Assembly: GCA_965202585.1 (NCBI GenBank)
Contig: OZ241831.1
Span: forward strand, 14,880,001 to 14,944,000
Direction of reading: 5' to 3'
Length of the DNA: 64,000 nucleotides
DNA from: Thalia democratica
Lineage: Eukaryota
Shown here one piece after another: positions 13,616-30,250 of the stretch (position 1 is its first letter; each line of letters opens with the position of its first letter). The notes beneath the pieces are model-generated. The model was given only the letters and a program-made list of their open reading frames with translations. It was not told the DNA's origin and searched no databases. The position numbers were made by a program, and so were the translations under genes.

Positions 13616-16600
13616 TTTGTATGTATTTTAAAGCAACCGAAACAATACTTTTAGTAGTTACTGACTGTGACGAATTGACTGTTGAGCAGTTTTACTTTGT
13701 GAAGTACCTTTTACTGATTGTTACGAGCATTAGCATGTGAGTTTAAAGCGCATATGCTCATAAAAGCATAGTTATTTTTTTACGAACGTCAAAAACATTC
13801 CAGTGACAAAGAAACCAGACTTAGCCTGGTCGGAAACAGAGTTTTTTTTAAAGCTTAGCTTTAAAGGTCCAGAAAAACAGTCTAAAAGTTACAGCACACC
13901 TCTGCATTTAATGATATAAACCTCAAATGAAACAAAATATACTACTACACATCCGGTTTAGTTTTCTTCAGCTGCAAACTTAAAACTGTAAGATTTTAGA
14001 CAAGCACAAGTGTTTTTTCCACTTCAAGCTTAAGTTAAGTTTTATTATTTTAATTTCATTCGGTTTTGTCAATTGTAAAACCCATGAAGTATGTTTAACT
14101 TGATTACAACTTTAATTGTGCTGGTTAGTAAAAAGTAATTCATAAACAAACACAAGTATTTAATTTATGACACTTTACAAGTTATCATTACTTTAAGTAT
14201 ACTTATATTGAAAATGGCAGTACTAAACCACCTAAAAAAACTTAAGTACATAAGTTTTGAATTTGTTCTTCCACATACTAGTAACTTATCTTTTCAAAAA
14301 TGTTCTGAACAGTAGCCATACAAAACTTGTTAAAAAGCTAGAAACTAATGTTTAACAAAGTTTGTTATATAAAACAGTCCCAACTAGTTACTAGTATTTC
14401 ACAGTTAGAAAAATTTGAAGCAACTTTTTAAAACTGTTACACAGTTGTTTAGATTTTTTAACAACGTTTTATTTGTTATACTCAAAGCTGAACTAAGAAC
14501 TTTTTCTTTGTAGATTTCATGAAAAGAAAGCGAACAAATGGATTTGATCGTAACTTTCCAAAACAAGACGAAATAACTTACACTTAAATGAATATCAGTA
14601 CTGTTCACTTATGTTCAAAGAAAAGGACCGAAATTTCAATATGAAGTTTAAAAGAGTTGCTTATTTTGAGACGAAAAACTTTACTTAAAAAAAGAGGTTA
14701 GGCTAATTTTAAAAGTAGTATCAAGTAAGTAACGATCATAAAAAAAAATATCAGTGTTTCATAACTAATTTGAAAAACTAGATTGGATAAACTTTTTTTT
14801 ACATTCAGTACTCATAAACTTGCGATGTGTTTAAGAAAGTCTATTTGACAATCATTTGTTGGATTAGTTCTTCATACTTATTATGAAAGTTTCTAGTTTA
14901 TCTTAAACATTTTCAATAATAAATGACACACTAACTAGACTGTCATTTAGTTGTAGACTTATTTTGTCTGTTGCTTTCATTTTGCTATTTATATAAAAGC
15001 CATAACTTTATTTTTTATAAGCGTTTCGTTCTGCTCTAGACTTTTAACAAATATTACTTGAAATAAACAGTTGCAGTAGTTTTTAGTTATCAAGTTGTCT
15101 CATACACAGTCTTCAATAAAGTTACAAAGCTGTTTACTTCTTTTCCTTTGCATAATGTTTCAGCTATTGGTTTTTTTACGCGTTGATGTTTTATGTTAAA
15201 AATCCATAAGCAACTAAGTTTAATAAAACAAGTCTAAGATTTGTAAAAAAATTCAACTTTGCTATTCATGACAGTTGTACTGAAATTGAATGCTTTTTGG
15301 TCGTTTTTTTTCTTTAGAACAATCACTGTTGTTTACATTTATTTATGTTTGAAAATACATTTTGATAAGCATGATCAGTATAATTTTCATGAATAAACCT
15401 CTACTGTTCAAGTATTTTTAAAAATAAAACGAAATTTATTAAAACTAACTGTTTTATTTTCATTCCATAATGAAATTACTTTTTATAGTGACGTAGAACA
15501 AGTTTTAAAAATTAAGTTTAGTATTTATTAAATTAAAAAAAAGTCTACGAAGTAAGCATGGTTGAGAATTTTTTTTTGTCTAAATAAAGAAGTTAACAAG
15601 AAAAAGCCTTTGGACAACACGTTTAAGTTAGTTGAAGCTTTTTATGAAACATCAAATTACAACTAGTTTACAAAACTTATTCCACGATTTAGGCAATACT
15701 TTCAAAACATAAAACTAGCTCTCTTATCAAAAGTTGCTTAGAATGTCCAGTAAAAGTACAAAGGCAATAGTAAGTATGCATAACTAGGTGACAAAAGAAA
15801 AGACAGAAAAAATATTATTTAGAAGTAAAATGTGTCATTCAACTAGCTCTAACTCTTACTTTTGATCCTTTACCACCACAAAGTTGGTTGAGTTGCACAT
15901 TTTTGTTGTTTGTTTAACACTGCTTAGTAGACTTTAAAGCTGGTTAAATAAACTGGTTGTCCTGATTACATTAGATTAACTTGATAAAGCTATAAGTAAT
16001 GCTAGATCAACTAAAAGATGTAAGCTTTTTAAAGTTTTAATAGATTCGAAATGTTCTTTTTCGTTCATGTTGTGATGCATATATGTTGTTTTTTTTTTAT
16101 GTATTTATGAGTTGTAATGCATGTTTTAAATGTGTTTTAGTTAAAGTTATTTTCTGAAACGATACAACATAAATTAGACCCAAAGCTAAACTAATTTTCA
16201 ACTTGATAAATCTGTGAACAATTTGAGTTCAATAAAAAGCTTTTTAAAAAGAATTCGGTTGTAATACATGATGGTTGTTGTACTGAAATTGCAGTTTTGT
16301 TGATTTTTTTATTTTGGTTTGAACAGCTTCTGTTGTTAACTGTATTTTAAACTGTTTTATTTAGTTTGAGTTGCATTGTAATAAAAAGAAATAATACATT
16401 TTAGAAACTACTGGTTTATTAGATTGTAATTGTTAATATCCAAAGTTAATTTTGTTTTGTTATAATTTAATGTATTATTTTCATATAAAATCTAATACTT
16501 TTTACAGTGACGTAGAACAGTATTTTTTAAATAAACTAAATACTTTTTTAATTTTACAAAAAGAAGTATACAAAATAAGCATAACGGGAATAAGTTTTGT

Positions 16601-19447
16601 TTAAAGAAAGAAGTTTACAAGAAAATCTTATGGACACAAAAATCAAGTTAGTTGAAGCTTTCTGCGAAACGTATATTTATTTGTAATGTAACAGACTTAA
16701 GCAATGGTTTTTAAATGCAACTAGCTCCCTCCTCAAAAGTAGTTTAAAATGTCATGTAAGAGAACAAAAACAATTGTAAATACAAGTATGTGACAAAAAG
16801 TTAAAACACAAAAGTATAAGTTAGAAGTAAACTGTTTCATACAAACATTCTAACTCACCTTTTACCAGCACAAAAAACAATAAGTTTGGTTCGTTTTTGT
16901 CGTCTAGTTAGAGCTTGTTTAATGCTGCTTAGTGGACATTGATATCTGGTTGAATCAGTTGGTGGTCCTTATCACTTTAGACTTATAACAGAAATGACTA
17001 TAGACTGTAAAAGTCGTTTTAAGTCATCAAGTTGTCTCACATATAGTTGTAACAAGTAATACAAATGAGTGGTGACAAGCTGTTACTTCTTTTCCTTTCA
17101 GCTTATAAATTGAGTTCTTTCATGTATTCGACTAGTTAAGCAATTAAAAACAAACTAAATAGATGTCAGCTTTGTAAAATAAAAGTTTTAATGATAAGCT
17201 TTCATCAATTATTTCAGCTATTTTTGTTTTGGTAAATCGCGTACTTGTTTATAGTGTTGTTTTTCTTTGAACAATCGATGTTGTTTACATTTATGTATTT
17301 TAATGTATGATTTTTAAATTACTATGCATGTTTATAATCGTGTTTTAGTTGTAATTAAACTATATTTTTAGTGAAACAAATATTGTTTGTTGTTAACAAT
17401 TGAAAACATACTTTGTTGATAAACCAAAGTAAGTTTTATTCTTATTACTACTTAAGTGTACTATTTTCATTGAAAAATATAACTAGTTTTTTAAGTGACG
17501 TAGCGTAACTTTTTTTAATAAGTTAAAAAACAAATAATTGTTGAATGTTTAAGAAAAGTCCACAAAGTAAGAACGATTAAGATAGAGTTCTTAGAAAAAA
17601 AACATATCAAGAAGAAAAAGACATCCAAGTTAGTTAATTATGTTAAGCATTCAATTACAGTAGGCAATAAATTAAGGATTATAGCAGTGATCACACTAGT
17701 TTACATCGCAAAAGTTAGATCAAAAATAATGTAAAAGTAGAGAAATCACAGCAAGCTTAACTGTTCAATTAATAATGGAAAGCGATAAAATATAGTTTGG
17801 AAGTAAACAGTGTTGTTCAGAGTTCTTTGATCCTTTATCATCACAAAGTAGATTTAGTATGTAAATTTGTGTCATTGAGTTTAGTACACATTAGAAGCTT
17901 GCATCAATGACTGGTGATCCACGTAAGCTTTAGACTCATGGAAAATACAAAGAAAAAACAAATGATTTTTGGAGTTGTCTCATATACAGTATAAAAAAGA
18001 GATCAAGTTGTTCATTTTTTCTTTTGTATCATGTTTTTATGTGTCGACGTTTTTGTTTGATAGAGCCACAAACAATTTGAGTTCAACGAAACAAGTTTAA
18101 ATATTTGTAAATATTTCAACTGTACTCTTAAACTATTGTTGTACTGAAACTGTATGTTTGTTTTGAACAGTCGCTGTTGTATACATTAATGCATTGTACA
18201 ACTTTCAATCTGCTTTTTATGGTTTCAGTTGCATTCTAACTAACAAGACTAGTATACTTTGAAAAATTAAACCTCAGTTTAATTCTTATCTTTGACTAAA
18301 GTGTTTTTGATATCAATACAAATTCAAGTTTTCTTCTCATTATAATCAACTGAAATTTGAATTTGAAAATTTAACAAATTTTTTCAGTGACATGGTATTA
18401 TTTTAGATATTTCATTTATAAAACTTATTTTGATATTAAAAATAACATTGTCTGTTTGAAAAACTTGTCCACAAAGTAAGCATGAATAAGAATAAATTTT
18501 GTTTAATATACCTATTGAAAAACATTTTTACCTAACATTCAAATACTATTAAGAAAGGAAAACAGATAAATATTATCATTTAGAAGTAAAATGTTTAGAT
18601 ACATAAGTAACTGGTTAAATCAGTTGGTGGTCCTTATTATTTTAGATTTATAACCAACATAACTTAGAACAAGCAATTAGAGTTACTTTAGGTCATCAAG
18701 TTGTCTAACACCTAGTCTAAACAAGTAACTTTACCATGAAAATAATAAAACAAGCATTTTTTAACCGTGTTTAAGCTAATGAATTGGTTTGTATCATAGG
18801 GTGATGTTTTGGCTTGAAATGATATCTTAAATAAGCTAAATAGATGTCAGCCTTGTAGGTGGGAATACTTAAATGTGTTTGAAATTCACATTTGTTATCT
18901 TTTGTTCTGAACTTTTATTTCTATTTATATACTTATAACTTTTTAAAACATTTTACATGGTTTCAACTGCATTTAAGTTGATAAAAAGAAGACGTTTAAA
19001 AGTTAAACCTTTGTTGTGTTGCTGATAATCAACAACAACTTAAAAATGTAACAAAAACTAAGGTTTTTTTTTGTTATAAGTTGAGTATACGTTACTGTAT
19101 TATCTTTTTTTAAACACTTATTTACTGAATGTTTTAACAGAAATTCAACAAATGAACAAGAAGTTGTATAGAAAAAAAAAGTTCACGGACAACGTATTGA
19201 AGTTAGTTAAATCCTTTTTTACAGATACTACTGTTTTTTCAAATTAGACTTATGCAATGGTAACCATAAGATTAAAACTTAAAAGTACGACAAATTTTAA
19301 ATCAAACAACTAAAGTGTTTGATCTTTTAATTCTTATAACAACCAGTTTGTTTGTACAATTATCAATTTGTGGCTTGTACTTTAAGTAGATATCAATAGC
19401 CGGTTTTGTTCAAATGGTGGTCCTAAAAAGGACCGGTTGTTGAGCAT

Positions 19448-19807
19448 TTATTTTGAGCTGGTGTACTTGGTAACAGCTTTAGTTCCCTCTGAAACTGCGT
19501 GCTTTGACAACTCGCCGGGGAGCAAGAGCCTGACAGCAGTTTGAATTTCGCGGCTGCTCACAGTTGACCTCTTGTTGTAATGAGCCAAACGTGAAGCCTC
19601 TGCTGCAATGCGCTCGAAGATGTCGTTGACAAATGAGTTCATGATTCCCATCGCCTTGCTGGAAATTCCGGTGTCGGGGTGCACTTGCTTCAAAACTTTG
19701 TACACGTAGATGCCGAAGCTTTCTTTGTGCCTCCTCCTTCGCTTCTTCTTGCCGTCGACCGGGGTGGTCTTGGCTACTGACTTCTTTGCGCCTTTGGTTG
19801 CGGTCAT
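19448..19807 (-). CDS. H2B: Histone H2B (unit 3)
   Basis: Same protein as unit 1. Confidence 0.99.
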   Translation of the reverse strand: MTATKGAKKSVAKTTPVDGKKKRRRRHKESFGIYVYKVLKQVHPDTGISSKAMGIMNSFVNDIFERIAAEASRLAHYNKRSTVSSREIQTAVRLLLPGELSKHAVSEGTKAVTKYTSSK

Positions 19808-19966
19808 GATGATGTGTGAACTTCAGTCTCGGCGCCAGCTTATATACTGAAAGTTTATGCAAATTAGCATTTCCGTACGCGAACGACAGCCTCTCTCATT
19901 TTATGATTCTCTCGTTTGTCGTAAATATTTTTAGGTGGTCCTGAAAAGGACCTGGTTTGTTTCAAC

Positions 19967-20347
19967 TTAGGCTGATTTTTTTGAAGCGGTCTTCTTGGGC
20001 AATAATACTGCCTGGATGTTTGGAAGAACACCTCCTTGAGCAATAGTGACGCCGCCGAGAAGTTTGTTCAACTCTTCGTCGTTGCGGATAGCTAGTTGCA
20101 AATGGCGGGGAATGATCCTGCTTTTCTTGTTGTCACGAGCAGCGTTACCGGCAAGCTCGAGCACTTCTGCGCTCAAATACTCGAGAACGGCAGCCAGATA
20201 AACTGGAGCACCAGCTCCGACTCTTTGGCTGTAGTTGCCAGTGCGCAACAGGCGGTGCACGCGACCGACTGGAAACTGCAGTCCTGCACGAGAAGACCTG
20301 CTCTTCGGCTTAGATTTGAGTTTTGATCCTTTACCACGTCCCGACAT
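19967..20347 (-). CDS. H2A: Histone H2A (unit 3)
   Basis: Same protein as unit 1. Confidence 0.99.
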   Translation of the reverse strand: MSGRGKGSKLKSKPKSRSSRAGLQFPVGRVHRLLRTGNYSQRVGAGAPVYLAAVLEYLSAEVLELAGNAARDNKKSRIIPRHLQLAIRNDEELNKLLGGVTIAQGGVLPNIQAVLLPKKTASKKSA

Positions 20348-20541
20348 CTTGTTGTTCGAATGATTGTGCCAAGATGCTCGCACAGCTCTGTATAAAACTC
20401 AAACCTAACCGCGTCGAACGAACAACTAATTTGCATATGTCGTAGCTGCTCTTTAATCTTGTCAAAATGTTTGTTCAGCAGTGTTGAAGAAATTTGATTT
20501 TGAAATGGGTGGTCCTAAAAAGGACCGAGTTTGCTAAATGT

Positions 20542-20886
<345 letters not shown>

Positions 20887-21042
20887 TTATTTATAAGCTG
20901 TTACGGACGCGTACGGTTACTACTAAACTAATTTGCATACTCAGAAAAGTCTCTAACTTACATTCTTTCGTTTGGTTTATTTTCTCTCACTATCAAACAA
21001 AGTTTAAAAGTGGCCCTGAAAAGGACCGGTTTTAGCTAATGC

Positions 21043-21579
<537 letters not shown>

Positions 21580-21640
21580 TCATTTTTTGTTAATATTTTG
21601 ATTGAGTGGTCCTGAAAAGGACCTTGGGTAAAAGAACAAC

Positions 21641-22225
21641 TTATTTCTTGCAGCTCTTCTTGGTACTTGCCTTCTTAGATGCTTTTTTGGCTACCGGCTT
21701 CTTCTTGGTTACTTTCTTCTTCTTGCTTGCAGCTTTTTTAGATGCTGCTTTCTTAGGAGCACACTTTTTAGCAGGTCGCTTTTTGGCTGCTGGTTTTTTC
21801 GCTGCCTTCTTGGGAGCACACTTCTTTACTCGTTTCTTTGCTGCGGCCTTCTTTACTGCTGGCTTTTTAGCTACTTTTTTTGTCCTCTTCTTGGGACCAG
21901 CAGCTGGCATTGGAGCAAGCTTGAACGAGCCGGAAGCGCCTTTTCCAGTAGTCTGGAGAAAAGAACCTTTGGTCACGCCGCTGGTAAGTGCTCTCTTCAA
22001 GTGAGAATTAGAAGCTGAAAGGTCAAGCTTGTAGGTGTCCGCGATATATTTTTGTATCTTCTGGCGGGATGTACCTTTTCGTTCCTTCATTGCTCCCAGG
22101 GCAGAGCTAATCATCTCCCTGTAAGTCGGGTGTTCTGCCTTCTTGGCGCTTGGTCTCTTGGAAGACCTGGCCTTGGCTGCGGCCGCCGCTGCTACTGCTG
22201 GTGCTGCTACTGCTGTGGTAGACAT
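21641..22225 (-). CDS. H1: Linker histone H1 (unit 3)
   Basis: Same protein as unit 1. Confidence 0.96.
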   Translation of the reverse strand: MSTTAVAAPAVAAAAAAKARSSKRPSAKKAEHPTYREMISSALGAMKERKGTSRQKIQKYIADTYKLDLSASNSHLKRALTSGVTKGSFLQTTGKGASGSFKLAPMPAAGPKKRTKKVAKKPAVKKAAAKKRVKKCAPKKAAKKPAAKKRPAKKCAPKKAASKKAASKKKKVTKKKPVAKKASKKASTKKSCKK

Positions 22226-25200
22226 TTTGTATGTATTTTAAAGCAACCGAAACAATACTTTTAGTAGTTACTGACTGTGACGAATTGACTGTTGAGCAGT
22301 TTTACTTTGTGAAGTACCTTTTACTGATTGTTACGAGCATTAGCATGTGAGTTTAAAGCGCATATGCTCATAAAAGCATAGTTATTTTTTTACGAACGTC
22401 AAAAACATTCCAGTGACAAAGAAACCAGACTTAGCCTGGTCGGAAACAGAGTTTTTTTTAAAGCTTAGCTTTAAAGGTCCAGAAAAACAGTCTAAAAGTT
22501 ACAGCACACCTCTGCATTTAATGATATAAACCTCAAATGAAACAAAATATACTACTACACATCCGGTTTAGTTTTCTTCAGCTGCAAACTTAAAACTGTA
22601 AGATTTTAGACAAGCACAAGTGTTTTTTCCACTTCAAGCTTAAGTTAAGTTTTATTATTTTAATTTCATTCGGTTTTGTCAATTGTAAAACCCATGAAGT
22701 ATGTTTAACTTGATTACAACTTTAATTGTGCTGGTTAGTAAAAAGTAATTCATAAACAAACACAAGTATTTAATTTATGACACTTTACAAGTTATCATTA
22801 CTTTAAGTATACTTATATTGAAAATGGCAGTACTAAACCACCTAAAAAAACTTAAGTACATAAGTTTTGAATTTGTTCTTCCACATACTAGTAACTTATC
22901 TTTTCAAAAATGTTCTGAACAGTAGCCATACAAAACTTGTTAAAAAGCTAGAAACTAATGTTTAACAAAGTTTGTTATATAAAACAGTCCCAACTAGTTA
23001 CTAGTATTTCACAGTTAGAAAAATTTGAAACAACTTTTTAAAACTGTTACACAGTTGTTTAGATTTTTTAACAACGTTTTATTTGTTATACTCAAAGCTG
23101 AACTAAGAACTTTTTCTTTGTAGATTTCATGAAAAGAAAGCGAACAAATGGATTTGATCGTAACTTTCCAAAACAAGACGAAATAACTTACACTTAAATG
23201 AATATCAGTACTGTTCACTTATGTTCAAAGAAAAGGACCGAAATTTCAATATGAAGTTTAAAAGAGTTGCTTATTTTGAGACGAAAAACTTTACTTAGAA
23301 AAAGAGGTTAGGCTAATTTTAAAAGTAGTATCAAGTAAGTAACGATCATAAAAAAAAATATCAGTGTTTCATAACTAATTTGAAAAACTAGATTGGATAA
23401 ACTTTTTTTTACATTCAGTACTCATAAACTTGCGATGTGTTTAAGAAAGTCTATTTGACAATCATTTGTTGGATTAGTTCTTCATACTTATTATGAAAGT
23501 TTCTAGTTTATCTTAAACATTTTCAATAATAAATGACACACTAACTAGACTGTCATTTAGTTGTAGACTTATTTTGTCTGTTGCTTTCATTTTGCTATTT
23601 ATATAAAAGCCATAACTTTATTTTTTATAAGCGTTTCGTTCTGCTCTAGACTTTTAACAAATATTACTTGAAATAAACAGTTGCAGTAGTTTTTAGTTAT
23701 CAAGTTGTCTCATACACAGTCTTCAATAAAGTTACAAAGCTGTTTACTTCTTTTCCTTTGCATAATGTTTCAGCTATTGGTTTTTTTACGCGTTGATGTT
23801 TTATGTTAAAAATCCATAAGCAACTAAGTTTAATAAAACAAGTCTAAGATTTGTAAAAAAATTCAACTTTGCTATTCATGACAGTTGTACTGAAATTGAA
23901 TGCTTTTTGGTCGTTTTTTTTCTTTAGAACAATCACTGTTGTTTACATTTATTTATGTTTGAAAATACATTTTGATAAGCATGATCAGTATAATTTTCAT
24001 GAATAAACCTCTACTGTTCAAGTATTTTTAAAAATAAAACGAAATTTATTAAAACTAACTGTTTTATTTTCATTCCATAATGAAATTACTTTTTATAGTG
24101 ACGTAGAACAAGTTTTAAAAATTAAGTTTAGTATTTATTAAATTAAAAAAAAGTCTACGAAGTAAGCATGGTTGAGAATTTTTTTTTGTCTAAATAAAGA
24201 AGTTAACAAGAAAAAGCCTTTGGACAACACGTTTAAGTTAGTTGAAGCTTTTTATAAAACATCAAATTACAACTAGTTTACAAAACTTATTCCACGATTT
24301 AGGCAATACTTTCAAAACATAAAACTAGCTCTCTTATCAAAAGTTGCTTAGAATGTCCAGTAAAAGTACAAAGGCAATAGTAAGTATGCATAACTAGGTG
24401 ACAAAAGAAAAGACAGAAAAAATATTATTTAGAAGTAAAATGTGTCATTCAACTAGCTCTAACTCTTACTTTTGATCCTTTACCACCACAAAGTTGGTTG
24501 AGTTGCACATTTTTGTTGTTTAGTTAAAGCTGGTTTAACACTGCTTAGTAGACTTTAAAGCTGGTTAAATAAACTGGTTGTCCTGATTACATTAGATTAA
24601 CTTGATAAAGCTATAAGTAATGCTAGATCAACTAAAAGATGTAAGCTTTTTAAAGTTTTAATAGATTCGAAATGTTCTTTTTCGTTCATGTTGTGATGCA
24701 TATATGTTGTTTTTTTTTTATGTATTTATGAGTTGTAATGCATGTTTTAAATGTGTTTTAGTTAAAGTTATTTTCTGAAACGATACAACATAAATTAGAC
24801 CCAAAGCTAAACTAATTTTCAACTTGATAAATCTGTGAACAATTTGAGTTCAATAAAAAGCTTTTTAAAAAGAATTCGGTTGTAATACATGATGGTTGTT
24901 GTACTGAAATTGCAGTTTTGTTGATTTTTTTATTTTGGTTTGAACAGCTTCTGTTGTTAATTGTATTTTAAACTGTTTTATTTAGTTTGAGTTGCATTGT
25001 AATAAAAAGAAATAATACATTTTAGAAACTACTGGTTTATTAGATTGTAATTGTTAATATCCAAAGTTAATTTTGTTTTGTTATAATTTAATGCATTATT
25101 TTCATTTAAAATCTAATACTTTTTACAGTGACGTAGAACAGTATTTTTTAAATAAACTAAATACTTTTTCAATTTTACAAAAAGAAGTATACAAAATAAG

Positions 25201-28057
25201 CATAACGGGAATAAGTTTTGTTTAAAGAAAGAAGTTTACAAGAAAATCTTATGGACACAAAAATCAAGTTAGTTGAAGCTTTCTGCGAAACGTGTATTTA
25301 TTTGTAATGTAACAGACTTAAGCAATGGTTTTTAAATGCAACTAGCTACCTCCTCAAAAGTAGTTTAAAATGTCATGTAAGAGAACAAAAACAATTGTAA
25401 ATACAAGTATGTGACAAAAAGTTAAAACACAAAAGTATAAGTTAGAAGTAAACTGTTTCATACAAACATTCTAACTCACCTTTTACCAGCACAAAAAACA
25501 TTAAGTTTGGTTCGTTTTTGTCGTCTAGTTAGAGCTTGTTTAATGCTGCTTAGTGGACATTGATATCTGGTTGAATCAGTTGGTGGTCCTTATCACTTTA
25601 GACTTATAACAGAAATAACTATAGACTGTAAAAGTCGTTTTAAGTCATCAAGTTGTCTCACATATAGTTGTAACAAGTAATACAAATGAGTGGTGACAAG
25701 CTGTTACTTCTTTTCCTTTCAGCTTATAAATTGAGTTCTTTCATGTATTAGACTAGTTAAGCAATTAAAAACAAACTAAATAGATGTCAGCTTTGTAAAA
25801 TAAAAGTTTTAATGATAAGCTTTCATCAATTATTTCAGCTATTTTTGTTTTGGTAAATCGCGTACTTGTTTATAGTGTTGTTTTTCTTTGAACAATCGAT
25901 GTTGTTTACATTTATGTATTTTAATGTATGATTTTTAAATTACTATGCATGTTTTTAATCGTGTTTTAGTTGTAATTAAACTATATTTTTAGTGAAACAA
26001 ATATTGTTTGTTGTTAACAATTGAAAACATACTTTGTTGATAAACCAAAGTAAGTTTTATTCTTATTACTACTTAAGTGTACTATTTTCATTGAAAAATA
26101 TAACTAGTTTTTAAAGTGACGTAGCGTAACTTTTTTTAATAAGTTAAAAAACAAATAGTTGTTGAATGTTTAAGAAAAGTCCACAAAGTAAGAACGATTA
26201 AGATAGAGTTCCTAGAAAAAAAACATATCAAGAAGAAAAAGACATCCAAGTTAGTTAATTATGTTAAGCATTCAATTACAGTAGGCAATAAATTAAGGAT
26301 TATAGCAGTGATCACACTAGTTTACATCGCAAAAGTTAGATCAAAAATAAAGTAAAAGTAGAGAAATCACAGCAAGCTTAACTGTTCAATTAATAATGGA
26401 AAGCGATAAAATATAGTTTGGAAGTAAACAGTGTTGTTCAGAGTTCTTTGATCCTTTATCATCACAAAGTAGATTTAGTATGTAAATTTGTGTCATTGAG
26501 TTTAGTACACATTAGAAGCTTGCATCAATGACTGGTGATCCACGTAAGCTTTAGACTCATGGAAAATACAAAGAAAAAACAAATGATTTTTGGAGTTGTC
26601 TCATATACAGTATAAAAAAGAGATCAAGTTGTTCATTTTTTCTTTTGTATCATGTTTTTATGTGTCGACGTTTTTGTTTGATAGAGCCACAAACAATTTG
26701 AGTTTAACGAAACAAGTTTAAATATTTGTAAATATTTCAACTGTACTCTTAAACTATTGTTGTACTGAAACTGTATGTTTGTTTTGAACAGTCGCTGTTG
26801 TATACATTAATGCATTGTACAACTTTCAATCTGCTTTTTATGGTTTCAGTTGCATTCTAACTAACAAGACTAGTATACTTTGAAAAATTAAACCTCAGTT
26901 TAATTCTTATCTTTGACTAAAATGTTTTTGATATCAATACAAATTCAAGTTTTCTTCTCATTATAATCAACTGAAATTTGAATTTGAAAATTTAACAAAT
27001 TTTTTCAGTGACATGGTATTATTTTAGATATTTCATTTATAAAACTTATTTTGATATTAAAAATAACATTGTCTGTTTGAAAAACTTGTCCACAAAGTAA
27101 GCATGAATAAGAATAAATTTTGTTTAATATACCTATTGAAAAACATTTTTACCTAACATTCAAATACTATTAAGAAAGGAAAACAGATAAATATTATCAT
27201 TTAGAAGTAAAATGTTTAGATGCATTAGTAACTGGTTAAATCAGTTGGTGGTCCTGATTGTTTTAGATTTATAACCAACATAACTTAGAACAAACAATTA
27301 AAGTTACTTTAGGTCATCAAATCGTCTAACACCTAGTCTAAACAAGTAACTTTACCATGAAAATAATAAAACAAGCATTTTTTAACCGTGTTTAAGCTAA
27401 AGCTGGTTTGTATCATAGGGTGATGTTTTGGCTTGAAATGATATCTTAAATAAGCTAAATAGATGTCAGCCTTGTAGGTGGGAATACTTAAATGTGTTTG
27501 AAATTCACATTTGTTATCTTTTGTTCTGAACTTTTATTTCTATTTATATACTTATAACTTTTTAAAACATTTTACATGGTTTCAACTGCATTTAAGTTGA
27601 TAAAAAGAAGACGTTTAAAAGTTAAACCTTTGTTGTGTTGCTGATAATCAACAACTTAAAAGTGTAACAAAAACTAAGGTTTTTTTTGTTATAAGTTGAG
27701 TATACTTTAATGTAATATTTTTTTTAAACACTTATTTACTGAATGTTTCAACAGAAATTCAACAAATGAACAAGAAGTTGTATAGAAAAAAAAAAGTTCA
27801 CGGACAACGTATTGAAGTTAGTTAAATCCTTTTTTACAGATACTACTTTCAAATTAGACTTATGCAATGGTAACCATAAGATTAAAACTTAAAAGTACGA
27901 CAAATTTTAAATCAAACAACTAAAGTGTTTGATCTTTTAATTCTTATAACAACCAGTTTGTTTGTACAATTATCAATTTGTGGCTTGTACTTTAAGTAGA
28001 TATCAATAGCCGGTTTTGTTCAAATGGTGGTCCTAAAAAGGACCGGTTGTTGAGCAT

Positions 28058-28417
28058 TTATTTTGAGCTGGTGTACTTGGTAACAGCTTTAGTTCCCTCT
28101 GAAACTGCGTGCTTTGACAACTCGCCGGGGAGCAAGAGCCTGACAGCAGTTTGAATTTCGCGGCTGCTCACAGTTGACCTCTTGTTGTAATGAGCCAAAC
28201 GTGAGGCCTCTGCTGCAATGCGCTCGAAGATGTCGTTGACAAATGAGTTCATGATTCCCATCGCCTTGCTGGAAATTCCGGTGTCGGGGTGCACTTGCTT
28301 CAAAACTTTGTACACGTAGATGCCAAAGCTTTCTTTGTGCCTCCTCCTTCGCTTCTTCTTGCCGTCGACCGGGGTGGTCTTGGCTACTGACTTCTTCGCG
28401 CCTTTGGTTGCGGTCAT
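28058..28417 (-). CDS. H2B: Histone H2B (unit 4)
   Basis: Same protein as unit 1. Confidence 0.99.
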   Translation of the reverse strand: MTATKGAKKSVAKTTPVDGKKKRRRRHKESFGIYVYKVLKQVHPDTGISSKAMGIMNSFVNDIFERIAAEASRLAHYNKRSTVSSREIQTAVRLLLPGELSKHAVSEGTKAVTKYTSSK

Positions 28418-28576
28418 GATGATGTGTGAACTTCAGTCTCGGCGCCAGCTTATATACTGAAAGTTTATGCAAATTAGCATTTCCGTACGCGAACGACAGC
28501 CTCTCTCATTTTATGATTCTCTCGTTTGTCGTAAATATTTTTAGGTGGTCCTGAAAAGGACCTGGTTTGTTTTAAC

Positions 28577-28957
28577 TTAGGCTGATTTTTTTGAAGCGGT
28601 CTTCTTGGGCAATAATACTGCCTGGATGTTTGGAAGAACACCTCCTTGAGCAATAGTGACGCCGCCGAGAAGTTTGTTCAACTCTTCGTCGTTGCGGATA
28701 GCTAGTTGCAAATGGCGGGGAATGATCCTGCTTTTCTTGTTGTCACGAGCAGCGTTACCGGCAAGCTCGAGCACTTCTGCGCTCAAATACTCGAGAACGG
28801 CAGCCAGATAAACTGGAGCACCAGCTCCGACTCTTTGGCTGTAGTTGCCAGTGCGCAACAGGCGGTGCACGCGACCGACTGGAAACTGCAGTCCTGCACG
28901 AGAAGACCTGCTCTTCGGCTTAGATTTGAGTTTTGATCCTTTACCACGTCCAGACAT
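28577..28957 (-). CDS. H2A: Histone H2A (unit 4)
   Basis: Same protein as unit 1. Confidence 0.99.
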   Translation of the reverse strand: MSGRGKGSKLKSKPKSRSSRAGLQFPVGRVHRLLRTGNYSQRVGAGAPVYLAAVLEYLSAEVLELAGNAARDNKKSRIIPRHLQLAIRNDEELNKLLGGVTIAQGGVLPNIQAVLLPKKTASKKSA

Positions 28958-29151
28958 CTTGTTGTTCGAATGATTGTGCCAAGATGCTCGCACAGCTCTG
29001 TATAAAACTCAAACCTAACCGCGTCGAACGAACAACTAATTTGCATATGTCGTAGCTGCTCTTTAATCTTGTCAAAATGTTTGTTTAGCAGTGTTGAAGA
29101 AATTTGATTTTGAAATGGGTGGTCCTAAAAAGGACCGCGTTTGCTAAATGT

Positions 29152-29496
<345 letters not shown>

Positions 29497-29652
29497 CTAT
29501 TTATAAGCTGTTACGGACGCGTACGGTTACTACTAAACTAATTTGCATACTCAGAAAAGTCTCTAACTTACATTCTTTCGTTTGGTTTATTTTCTCTCAC
29601 TATCAAACAAAGTTTAAAAGTGGCCCTGAAAAGGACCGGTTTTAGCTAATGC

Positions 29653-30189
<537 letters not shown>

Positions 30190-30250
30190 TCATGTTTTGT
30201 TAATATTTTGATTGAGTGGTCCTGAAAAGGACCTTGGGTAAAAGAACAAC

